In this document: in pieces, positions 27,900 to 36,872 of the stretch | How the letters are laid out: every line of letters starts with the position of its first letter | Position numbering within the stretch: position 1 is the first letter of the stretch | NCBI GenBank assembly: GCA_015233195.1 | Contig: JADFYE010000004.1 | Coordinates: forward strand, 66,411-130,410 | From: Candidatus Omnitrophota bacterium | GTDB taxonomy: Bacteria > Omnitrophota > Gorgyraeia > Zapsychrales > Zapsychraceae | DNA length: 64,000 nt | Reading direction: 5' to 3' | Notes under the pieces: model-generated | Told to the model about the DNA's origin: nothing | Database searches by the model: none | The model's input: the letters and a program-made list of their open reading frames with translations, nothing else | Position numbers and translations under genes: made by a program

Positions 27900-29072
27900 A
27901 TGAAAATATTGATCGCGCATAATTATTATTTGGAACCTGGAGGAGAAGACCGGGTATTTTTAGCTGAGGTTGAACTTTTAAGGTCTCATGGGCATGAAGT
28001 GCGGACTTATGAAGATAGTAATAAACGCATTTCAAAATTAAGTAAATGGAAAACTGCTTTATCCTTTATTTGGAATAAAGAATCAGCATTGAGATTTGGT
28101 CAAGCGTTGGACGAGTTTTCTCCTGAGGTGGTGCATTTTCATAATACTTTTCCTTTAATTTCTCCTTCGGTTTATTATGAATGCAGTAAACGAAAAGTAC
28201 CTGTAGTGCAAAGTTTGCATAATTCCCGTCTTATATGTCCGGCAGCCAGATTTTTCCGTGATGGAAAATTATGTATGGAGTGCGCAGTTAAGCGGTCTTT
28301 TTGGTCTGGGGTAAAATATAAATGTTATCACCAATCAAGGCTACAAACTTTTTTGGTTGGTTTTATGAGTTGGTGGCATAGGCGCAGGGGTACTTGGAAT
28401 AAGCATATTAATGCGTATATAGTTTTTTCAGAATTTTATAAGCAAATTTTTATAAAATGGGGATTACCAAAAGAAAAAATTTTTGTAAAACCGCATTTTT
28501 TGATCAATGATCCTGGTTGCCGTCCAGAAGGAACATTGGGAGAATTTGCTTTATTTGTCGGACGTTTTTCAGCGGATAAAGGTCTGCGGCGTTTATTGAA
28601 TTCTTGGTTAAGGCTTAAGGATATTCCTTTGATGATTATTGGTGATGGGGAAGACCGTTCTTATGCGGAAGATTTTATTCGTAAACATTCGTTAAAAAAT
28701 ATTAAACTGCTCGGAGCACTTTCAAATGAAGAAGTTATTTCTTACATGAAACGCAGTAAATTTGTAGTAGTACCGTCGGAAGTGGCTGAAACTTTCGGAT
28801 TGGTGGTTTTAGAGGCTTTTGCCTGCGGGGTACCAGTGGTTGCTGCAAAAGTCGGAGCATTGCCTGAGATGGTCAAAGAACGGGGTAATGGCAGACTTTT
28901 TATGCCGAGTAATGGTCAGCAAATGATTGAGATGATATTAGGTATAGTCAGTGATCCACAAAAATTATTGGCGTTAGGTGAACAGGCAAGAAAGACGTTT
29001 GAAAACCGGTATTCAAAAGAAAAAAATTATCAGCAATTATTGGAAATTTATATAAAGGTGGGGGGAAAATGA
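27900..29072 (+). CDS. Glycosyltransferase family 4 (GT-B, group 1)
   Basis: MKILIAHNYY...GGED N-terminus. C-terminal EX7E motif in PSEVAETFGLVVLEAFACGVPVV. Confidence 0.85.
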   Translation: MKILIAHNYYLEPGGEDRVFLAEVELLRSHGHEVRTYEDSNKRISKLSKWKTALSFIWNKESALRFGQALDEFSPEVVHFHNTFPLISPSVYYECSKRKVPVVQSLHNSRLICPAARFFRDGKLCMECAVKRSFWSGVKYKCYHQSRLQTFLVGFMSWWHRRRGTWNKHINAYIVFSEFYKQIFIKWGLPKEKIFVKPHFLINDPGCRPEGTLGEFALFVGRFSADKGLRRLLNSWLRLKDIPLMIIGDGEDRSYAEDFIRKHSLKNIKLLGALSNEEVISYMKRSKFVVVPSEVAETFGLVVLEAFACGVPVVAAKVGALPEMVKERGNGRLFMPSNGQQMIEMILGIVSDPQKLLALGEQARKTFENRYSKEKNYQQLLEIYIKVGGK

Positions 29073-30544
29073 TAAAAGTTTTTACTGCAGTCAGAAAGTC
29101 TTATGAAACTATTTATCCCTGGTTATTTTTTGCTTATATTTTTTGTTTGATGTCGTTTGGTCGAGCATTTTTGGTCTTGTCTGTTTTTAAGCTATGGGTA
29201 CCTTTATTTGTTACGGAATTCTTTTTATTAATTTCTTTACCATATATTTTTATAAATCGAAAATTATTAAGTGAACTGCCTTCAGTAATTAAGTGGGTTG
29301 TCGGCTTATTTTGGTTACAAGCAATAATTCATTTCATAGTACCAATATCAGAAGGAAATCTTTTTGCTTTAAGAGATATTGTTTTTTGGGGATATCCGCT
29401 TTTTTTCTTGTTAGGTTTTATGATGTTTAGAGAACAAAAATATTGGTATAAGTTTTTTATTCTTATTTTAGTTGGAATGACATTTGTAATAATTGAAAGC
29501 CGGTTTTTTATGTTAACTCAGCCGATATTTCAAGATTCACGTATGATAATACCGTATTTTAATTCTTTCTTCACCATTATTCGCGGATTTCATCTAACAT
29601 TTTTTTTGGGATTAGGGATTTCATTTATTACTGGATTTTATTTTTTTGAAAAAAATCGGATATTCCGATTCTTTATGCTTTTCTTATTGTTATTTGGATA
29701 TTATTTAGTAGTAATAATGTTATGTCGGTCAGCATGGGTTGGTATGTTAGGATGTTTACTTGTTTCCGGAGCTGTTTTGTTAAAGTTTTCGGTACGATTG
29801 AATAAATCTTGGTTGATTTTATGTGGTTTATTAATTTTGCTAGTATGCATTTTTGATTTCAATATTGGAGATCCAGGAACTGCAGCATTAAAAGGAAAAA
29901 TTAGCAGTTTGTCCGAACTTAGTTTACGAACTTTGAATTTAGTTGAAAAACCGGAAAATAAAGGTTTTGTTCAAATAAAAGAAAATAACAAAAAAAGAAA
30001 TGAAGTTAAATATTCTGAAAAAATTAATGATAACACGAATATTGAAAATGTTGTTTTTGACAAAACTAAATCAGTATCGGTAGCTACTGCTAATTGGCGT
30101 TATTTAATCTGGTCTCAAGGTATAGAATTTGGTTTACAATCTCCAATCTGGGGTAAAGGGTTTGGAGTTTATCCTCAATATCATTATTCAGATGGTAGTT
30201 TAATGACGGAAATCAAGGGCTTTGGTTTGAACTCTCGCATAATTCCTTCTCATAATTTTTTAATAACCGTATTTTTTAAAATGGGTATTATCGGCTTATT
30301 TTTGGTATTGATGTTTTTTGGTTTTATTTTTAATAAAGCCTGGGATTTTATTAAGCAACAGAAAGTTATCGGAGATATTCGGTTTGCTATGGTTTTATCG
30401 TTGTCCCTTTGTTTATTATGGTGGGTTCTGATCGGATTATTTAGTGATATGATCGAATCGCCGATTAATGCGGCATTTCTTTGGTTATTATCGGGAATGT
30501 TTTTTTCGATACCAATGAAAAATAGGAGCGGTGATGGGATCTAA
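29069..30544 (+). CDS. O-antigen ligase/polymerase-like (Wzy_C domain) polytopic membrane protein, copy 1
   Basis: 491 aa with more than 10 hydrophobic helices. CRSAWVGMLG, and a large loop followed by IPSHNFLITVFFKMGIIG, as in the O-antigen ligase domain. Confidence 0.6.
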   Translation: MIKVFTAVRKSYETIYPWLFFAYIFCLMSFGRAFLVLSVFKLWVPLFVTEFFLLISLPYIFINRKLLSELPSVIKWVVGLFWLQAIIHFIVPISEGNLFALRDIVFWGYPLFFLLGFMMFREQKYWYKFFILILVGMTFVIIESRFFMLTQPIFQDSRMIIPYFNSFFTIIRGFHLTFFLGLGISFITGFYFFEKNRIFRFFMLFLLLFGYYLVVIMLCRSAWVGMLGCLLVSGAVLLKFSVRLNKSWLILCGLLILLVCIFDFNIGDPGTAALKGKISSLSELSLRTLNLVEKPENKGFVQIKENNKKRNEVKYSEKINDNTNIENVVFDKTKSVSVATANWRYLIWSQGIEFGLQSPIWGKGFGVYPQYHYSDGSLMTEIKGFGLNSRIIPSHNFLITVFFKMGIIGLFLVLMFFGFIFNKAWDFIKQQKVIGDIRFAMVLSLSLCLLWWVLIGLFSDMIESPINAAFLWLLSGMFFSIPMKNRSGDGI

Positions 30545-31556
30545 AATATTAAGAATTATTACAGTATGGATTTTATTTTTTTGTGCTGCAGGTTCTATTA
30601 CGTATTGGGCTATCGCAAAATATAAAGTTAGTGATGATTTCAGGGCGGTTAAGGATGCTCGTTCATATATTCAAATGAGCTTGGGTAATTATATCGATAT
30701 TGAGTCGCGTTATACAAAGCGGTTTTTGATGCCTGAAATAGTTGGATTATTAAATAGGAATTTACATGTTACGGAATTTTTGGACAAATATTATGAGAAT
30801 GTAGAAGAAAAAGTAATCCAATTGAATTTTGGTTTGGTAAATATCTTATTTATTACATTTACAGCTTTTGTATTTTATTTATTTTGTAAAGATTTGGATT
30901 TTTCAGAAATGGAAAGTTTATTGGCTGGGTTTTTATTTATTACATCATTTAATGTTGTCACATATTTTACCGTACCTTTAGTAGATTCAGCCGGGTGTTT
31001 TTTTGTTATGGCTTGTTTTTATGCTCTTAAACGAAAAAATTGGTTTGGATTGGCGTTGTTTTTCTTATTGGGATTAATGACTAAAGAGTCAACTTTTGTG
31101 GTTGTATTAATGGTCATGTTGGATAAAGGTAAAATTGAATGGCGTAAATGGGCAGCTTTGGTTCCGGGTATTGTTGCTTATTTTTTTATCCTTAGTTTTT
31201 ATGGGGGAGTCAGTAGGGGCGGTGTAAATGTTTTACAAATAATTACACATTTTGATTTATTGCAGGCATCAGTTCAGCAAGGGTTAAGCTCTTTTAGCAT
31301 ATTTACGATTATTGAATGGATTCAAACGTTTTTGTTTATGTGGGTATTATTTATTTATGGTCTTTTAAAATGTCGTATTCCTGAATTTTTAAAATCGCAA
31401 GCTTGGTTGATGTTTTTACCATTTATTATGCCGTTCACGGTAGGTGAGTCTAGCGTTGGAAGAGTGTCTTTCTATTTATTTCCAATTGTTATTTGTATTT
31501 CGCTATTAGCATTGCGAAAGATTTTAAATACTGAAAGCTTAGAAAATGTTAAATAA
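30531..31556 (+). CDS. Polytopic membrane protein, possible GT-C-like glycosyltransferase
   Basis: 341 aa with about 9 hydrophobic helices. Acidic VSDDF motif just after TM1. No family assigned. Confidence 0.35.
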   Translation: MMGSKILRIITVWILFFCAAGSITYWAIAKYKVSDDFRAVKDARSYIQMSLGNYIDIESRYTKRFLMPEIVGLLNRNLHVTEFLDKYYENVEEKVIQLNFGLVNILFITFTAFVFYLFCKDLDFSEMESLLAGFLFITSFNVVTYFTVPLVDSAGCFFVMACFYALKRKNWFGLALFFLLGLMTKESTFVVVLMVMLDKGKIEWRKWAALVPGIVAYFFILSFYGGVSRGGVNVLQIITHFDLLQASVQQGLSSFSIFTIIEWIQTFLFMWVLFIYGLLKCRIPEFLKSQAWLMFLPFIMPFTVGESSVGRVSFYLFPIVICISLLALRKILNTESLENVK

Positions 31557-32991
31557 AAATAATACTGAGACGTGGAATTTAAATAAAATCGCAGGATTTA
31601 TATGGTTTTTACCTATATTAGTATTTATTTTTATTATTTTTATAGGTCGGTGGTCGTGGGGGTTAATGGATGACTTTCAATTATTAAATCAGCCGGGTAA
31701 TATTTTAGAACGTTTTAATTTTTTTATGAAAGGGTATGGTAATTTTGGGGAATTTAAACCAGTGTATGTATTTTATGTGAGTTTTTTTTATCCGTTGTTT
31801 GAAAATTTTGTACAATTTTTTTATGTGTTTAAATTAGGATTGGCTGTATTGTCCGTCTGGATATTTGGGCACAGTGCTTACCGTTTGACTAAAAATAAAA
31901 TAAGTATTTTATTTGTCGGTATAATTACATTTTCTTTCCCATATTTTTACGATACTTTTGTTTATCTTTCCAGTCATGAAATATTAGGGTTAATTTTTAC
32001 TGGATGCGCGTTTTGGGTGTGGTTAAATTGGATGGATGCGGTTGATAATATAACAGTTTCAACACCAAAAATATGGTTAAATTGGTTGTGGGTAGTGTTT
32101 TTTGTTTTTTTGGCTGCTTTTGCAAAAGAAACTTTTTTGGTTTGTGGTATAGCTTTTGCGGGTGCTATGTTTATCTTGGCTTGGTGTTCGCGCTCAAAAA
32201 GAACTGGAATTGTATTCTTACAATCTATAATTTTGTTTTTGATATTTTTATCATATGGGTGTTTATTGAAATTTGGGGTGCAGCGGTCTTACACCTCTCA
32301 TTATCAGTTGAATAATTTTACGACTATTGCGTCTAATTTATCCGCATGGATAAAGAAAGATTTCATTGTTCATATACCATGGTTATTAGTTATGTTTTGT
32401 TTTTTTATTTCGAATTTTAATTTTTGGCGTAGTTTTTCAAAACAAATGTTGTCTGGTATAGCGGCGGGGATTTTGTTATACATTTGTTATTTGTTAATAT
32501 TACTTCCTTGGGTGACTACCAGTTATTATGCTGCTCCGTTAGGTATATTTTTTGCTTTTGTAGTAGCTATGGTTTTGACTGTAATATGGGAAAATATAAG
32601 TTTGCCGTTTAAGAAATGTTTGTTGGCTATAATGTTTTTATTAAATGCCACAGTATGCTGGTATGTAATTGGACGGGAAAATCGGTATCAGAATGATACC
32701 AGGTTGTTAAAACAATGGTTGATTGCTAATGAGAAAAATTTTCGGCAGGGTAGCGAAATACCGCTTTGGACTAATGCTATGGAAGCTGGAGATGCAATTC
32801 CTGGTTTTATAAATTTAGACAATGTTATACAGTTAAGGCATTTTGCTTATTCGTCGAGTTTAGAATCGATTAAAAATAGTTTGCAGGGATATTATTTATA
32901 TTCACCCAGGTTTGGTAAAATACCTGCTGATAGTTTTGGTCAATTTGAAAAAGTTTTTTCGAGCCGTAATTGGATATTGCTGCGCAAATAA
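31546..32991 (+). CDS. Polytopic membrane protein, possible GT-C-like glycosyltransferase
   Basis: 481 aa with more than 10 hydrophobic helices. WGLMDDFQ acidic motif after TM1. C-terminal soluble region of about 100 aa. Confidence 0.4.
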   Translation: MLNKNNTETWNLNKIAGFIWFLPILVFIFIIFIGRWSWGLMDDFQLLNQPGNILERFNFFMKGYGNFGEFKPVYVFYVSFFYPLFENFVQFFYVFKLGLAVLSVWIFGHSAYRLTKNKISILFVGIITFSFPYFYDTFVYLSSHEILGLIFTGCAFWVWLNWMDAVDNITVSTPKIWLNWLWVVFFVFLAAFAKETFLVCGIAFAGAMFILAWCSRSKRTGIVFLQSIILFLIFLSYGCLLKFGVQRSYTSHYQLNNFTTIASNLSAWIKKDFIVHIPWLLVMFCFFISNFNFWRSFSKQMLSGIAAGILLYICYLLILLPWVTTSYYAAPLGIFFAFVVAMVLTVIWENISLPFKKCLLAIMFLLNATVCWYVIGRENRYQNDTRLLKQWLIANEKNFRQGSEIPLWTNAMEAGDAIPGFINLDNVIQLRHFAYSSSLESIKNSLQGYYLYSPRFGKIPADSFGQFEKVFSSRNWILLRK

Positions 32992-33008
32992 TGATCGAGG
33001 AGGATGGC

Positions 33009-33764
33009 ATGTTATTTATTGTTATACCGGTTTACAATGAAGAACAAAACATTAAATATTTGATGGATTCTTTACGGCAAAATTTAAAAGACGTGGAATA
33101 TAAAATAGTGGCAGTTAATGACGGCAGTCAGGATAGTTCTTTAAAATTGTTAGAGGGGTTGCAGACGGCGGATCTAGTTATCATAAGTTCTTTGATAAAT
33201 ATGAATGTTGGAGCGGTATTTTCTGCAGGTATTGATCGGGTATTACAAGAGGCAAATGATAATGATATTTTGATAATCATGGAGGGTGATCAGACCAGTG
33301 ATGTTAAATTGATCAAACTTTTTGTTGAGGAGATTAATAAAGGGCAGGACATTGTGATTGGGTCTCGACATAAACTCGGCGGCGCATATGTTAATTTCCC
33401 TTTTTTGCGGAGAGTATTTAGTTTTGGCGCTAATTGGATGATGCAAAAAATTTTTCCTATAACTGGAGTTAAGGATTATACGATATTTTTCAGGGCATAT
33501 AGAACAAGAATATTAAATCAAGCAGTTAAGATGTATGGAAAATTTGGTTTGATTCAGTCTAAAGGTTTTGTGGCTAATGCGGAGTTGTTGATAAAGTTAT
33601 CTTTATTGACTAATAACATCGAGGAACTGCCGTTGGTATATAATTATGGGAAGAAGAAGGGGGCAAGTAAGATCAATGTTTTTAGGACGATAAATGAATA
33701 TTTTGTTTTAGTAAATTATATGAAACGGATATTTGTAAAAGTTAAAGCGGTTAATAAAATATAG
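33009..33764 (+). CDS. Glycosyltransferase family 2, polyprenyl-phosphate glycosyltransferase (Dpm1/GtrB/ArnC-like)
   Basis: MLFIVIPVYNEEQNI and VNDGSQDSS, about 250 aa. ATG 33009 is preceded by GAGGAGGA. The 32970 extension is unlikely. Confidence 0.7.
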   Translation: MLFIVIPVYNEEQNIKYLMDSLRQNLKDVEYKIVAVNDGSQDSSLKLLEGLQTADLVIISSLINMNVGAVFSAGIDRVLQEANDNDILIIMEGDQTSDVKLIKLFVEEINKGQDIVIGSRHKLGGAYVNFPFLRRVFSFGANWMMQKIFPITGVKDYTIFFRAYRTRILNQAVKMYGKFGLIQSKGFVANAELLIKLSLLTNNIEELPLVYNYGKKKGASKINVFRTINEYFVLVNYMKRIFVKVKAVNKI

Positions 33765-33787
33765 GATATGGTTTTAGGAGAATATAA

Positions 33788-35185
33788 ATGACTTCTTTGG
33801 CTGAACACTATGATAAATTGGCTTTGAAAAGAGATGCGTATAAAAGTAAGCATAAGTATTATTATTCGCTTCTTTATAAGCAATATCGGTATTTTATTCC
33901 TGACGGTAAAAAAGTTTTAGAAGTTGGATGTTCGACTGGAGATCTTTTAAACGCGGTTAAACCTAGTTTGGGTCTGGGCATTGATATTAGCGCAGAGACT
34001 ATTAAAATAGCTAAACATAAATATCCGCATTTAATATTTGAAACTGCAGAGGTAGGCACACTTAAATTACGAGAACAATTTGATTTTATTATTTTATCCG
34101 GAGTCTTGGGAGAGGTTGAAGATATTCAGAAACTGCTGGAGCAGTTAAAGCCTTTTTGTCATAGAGGTACAAGGATAATAATTGAATATTACAGTTATTA
34201 TTGGCAATATATTTTGAAATTTGGCGAAATGATGTGGTCGAAGATTCCGCAAAAGATTCAGAACTGGGTAACTGCTGAAGATTTGTTGAATTTTTTTGAG
34301 TTAGCAGGTTATGAGCCTATACAGCAGGAAAGAGCGATTTTATTGCCTTTTAATATTTGGGGAATAAGTTATCTGATCAATCGTTTTATAGCAAAACTTC
34401 CAATCATAAATACTTTGACTTTAAATCATTTTTTTGTAGTTCGACCAATAATTACTACAAAAGAAGAATTATCAGTCAGCATTTTAGTCCCTTGCCGGAA
34501 TGAAAAAGGTAATATTGAGTCTGCAGTAACTCGGACACCAGTATTTGGTAAACATCAGGAGTTCATGTTCGTTGAAGGTCATTCAAAGGACGGGACTTAC
34601 GAGGAAGTGGAAAGGATCATAAAAAAATATCCGAATAAAGATATCAAATTATTCCGCCAGCCCGGCAAAGGAAAAGGAGATGCTGTTCGTTTTGGGTTTA
34701 ATAAGTCATCAGGTGATGTTTTAATGATCTTAGACGCTGATCTTACGGTTGCGCCTGAAGAATTGCCTAAATTTTATGACGTAATGCGGGATAATCGGGC
34801 GGAATTTGTCAATGGATGCAGGCTGGTATATCCTATGGAATCTGAAGCTATGCGTTTTCTGAATTTGTGTGCTAATAAGTTCTTTGGATTATTTTTTTCT
34901 TGGTTGTTGGGACAAAGATTCCGCGATACTTTATGCGGTACAAAAGTAATTTCCAAAAAGAATTATGAAGAACTGGCAGCAAATCGTGCATATTTCGGTG
35001 ATTTTGACCCATTTGGAGATTTTGATTTGATATTCGGAGCTGCAAAAATGAATTTGAAGATTATGGAATTACCGATACGCTATAGAAGTAGGGCGTACGG
35101 CACTACTCAGATTCAAAGATTTAGACATGGTCTGCTCTTATTCAAAATGTGTTTTTTTGCGATGCGGAAGATAAAGTTTAGATGA
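33788..35185 (+). CDS. Bifunctional class I SAM-methyltransferase / GT2 (Dpm1-like) fusion protein
   Basis: N-terminal VLEVGCSTGDLL SAM motif. C-terminal SILVPCRNEKGNIE, GKGDAVRFGF and MILDADL GT2 motifs. Confidence 0.75.
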   Translation: MTSLAEHYDKLALKRDAYKSKHKYYYSLLYKQYRYFIPDGKKVLEVGCSTGDLLNAVKPSLGLGIDISAETIKIAKHKYPHLIFETAEVGTLKLREQFDFIILSGVLGEVEDIQKLLEQLKPFCHRGTRIIIEYYSYYWQYILKFGEMMWSKIPQKIQNWVTAEDLLNFFELAGYEPIQQERAILLPFNIWGISYLINRFIAKLPIINTLTLNHFFVVRPIITTKEELSVSILVPCRNEKGNIESAVTRTPVFGKHQEFMFVEGHSKDGTYEEVERIIKKYPNKDIKLFRQPGKGKGDAVRFGFNKSSGDVLMILDADLTVAPEELPKFYDVMRDNRAEFVNGCRLVYPMESEAMRFLNLCANKFFGLFFSWLLGQRFRDTLCGTKVISKKNYEELAANRAYFGDFDPFGDFDLIFGAAKMNLKIMELPIRYRSRAYGTTQIQRFRHGLLLFKMCFFAMRKIKFR

Positions 35186-35243
35186 AAAAATTTGATATTT
35201 TTTTTAATATTTATTTTTTACTTGTGACTATCGGTTATATTCT

Positions 35244-36872
35244 ATGGAGAATCGTGGTTTTTCTGGCGCGTTAATAGTTCGTCCAGCATATTTGCCAGTA
35301 GTTATGTTGCTGATAGGCACAATATGTTTTTGGATAGAACTTTTTTTTATGCCTTCAGAGTATGGGCGAACCACATGGTTGGCATGGTTTTTTTTCTTGA
35401 TTTATTCTGGATTTTCTTTTATCACGCATCGACAAGGAATAAAGGAAAGTTGGTTTTGGGGAATAGAACAGTTTAAAAATTGTTCGAAATTTGTAAAATA
35501 TTTTTTTTGGGTGATGATATTTTCCGCTTTGCTAATTTTAGTTGTAGCATTTAAACAAGCGTTGTTACCGCCGCACTTACCTCAAGAATATGATGTTATA
35601 AATTATCATTTAACCTTGCCTCGTCAGCATTTGATCCGGCATTCTTTTTCGCACATTTCTTGGTCTGTTGCTGATTTGTATTACGCGCCGTTGGATATAG
35701 CTTTAGCTCCATATTGGTTATCAACATTTTTACCAAATAAATTGCCGCAATATATGTTTATTTTTGGCTTGTTAACCGTGGCGGGATCAATAGTTTATAG
35801 ATCAACTAAAAAGAATTTTGAGGCAATAGTGTTGACGATTGCAGCTTTATTAGGTTCACATGGTTTGTGTATTCAATTTGGTACAGCGATGTTGGATGTG
35901 GTGATGTTATATCTGGTTTTAGTTGCTATTGATAGTTTGTTATCTGGGAAGTATATATTTGCGGCGCTGGCATTCACATTTTATTTGTGGTCTAAAACAT
36001 TTATTCCAATTCAATGTATTGCTGTAGCTTTAATATTTTTGATATTAAAATATTTTTTAGAATGGTTTGGGAAAGTCGAGGTAATCTGGGATAGGGGCGG
36101 TAATCTTTCTTGGAAGATTTTGCTTAAGTGGATGACTGGGTTGATGGTATTATCAATATTTATTGGCGGACCTTTTATTTATAAATCAATCTATTATACT
36201 GGAACGCCTGCATATCCGTTTTTCACAGGTATGGTGCACAATTCCCATTATCAACAGGACCAAATGAAATGGTTGGGTGTTATTAAAAAAAGTAAAGAAC
36301 TGCTAAATATAAAAGATATGTATGGTAAAGGTCGAGGCGGGCGAGAGTTTTTTGAACAGTTTTGGGTTTTGGCTGTTCCTGAAAAAGGGGTTAATAATAG
36401 ATTTGATTATCCTTTAGGTTTGCCGTATTTATTGGCGTTATTGCCATTTTTTTATTTGTTTTATAAACAGATTCAAATAGGTAAGATTGAGGCTGTTTAT
36501 TTATTTATAATTATATTTTGGGTTATTTGGTGGCTAGGATCACAACAAAGCCGTTTTTTATTTGTGCCTTTAGGTCTGATTTTGATTAGAATTTATTCTT
36601 TACCGTTAATGCGGAAGAAGATGGTATTTATTGCATTAACTATCGCTATATTTTTATGTACTTTATCTATTGTTCGAGATAATCGTCGAGATATATTTAA
36701 AAGTGGTTTGGAAGTTTTATCACAAAAAGATAGGGAGTTGATGCGCATATCCGCGACACTTGATAAAAGTAAAACGGTAAAACTCGATTTTTTGGAAATT
36801 GCGTTTGCAGGTTTTCCCGTAGATGTGGACAAAAAAGATTCTTTATTTGTTTTTAATTCATCTAATTTTTAA
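35244..36872 (+). CDS. Polytopic membrane protein, GT-C-like (ArnT/PMT-like) candidate
   Basis: 542 aa with more than 10 hydrophobic helices. Loop motif EYDVINYHLTLP resembles the loop motif WDSMTYHMP of the convergent neighbour. Confidence 0.4.
   Translation: MENRGFSGALIVRPAYLPVVMLLIGTICFWIELFFMPSEYGRTTWLAWFFFLIYSGFSFITHRQGIKESWFWGIEQFKNCSKFVKYFFWVMIFSALLILVVAFKQALLPPHLPQEYDVINYHLTLPRQHLIRHSFSHISWSVADLYYAPLDIALAPYWLSTFLPNKLPQYMFIFGLLTVAGSIVYRSTKKNFEAIVLTIAALLGSHGLCIQFGTAMLDVVMLYLVLVAIDSLLSGKYIFAALAFTFYLWSKTFIPIQCIAVALIFLILKYFLEWFGKVEVIWDRGGNLSWKILLKWMTGLMVLSIFIGGPFIYKSIYYTGTPAYPFFTGMVHNSHYQQDQMKWLGVIKKSKELLNIKDMYGKGRGGREFFEQFWVLAVPEKGVNNRFDYPLGLPYLLALLPFFYLFYKQIQIGKIEAVYLFIIIFWVIWWLGSQQSRFLFVPLGLILIRIYSLPLMRKKMVFIALTIAIFLCTLSIVRDNRRDIFKSGLEVLSQKDRELMRISATLDKSKTVKLDFLEIAFAGFPVDVDKKDSLFVFNSSNF

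Noticed and set aside
36862-36872. 11-nt convergent overlap of the two GT-C-like genes as a regulatory feature
   Set aside because: The overlap is real in the sequence. It is probably just compact gene packing, and I have no evidence of function beyond what is noted for the MBOAT/SGNH convergent pair.
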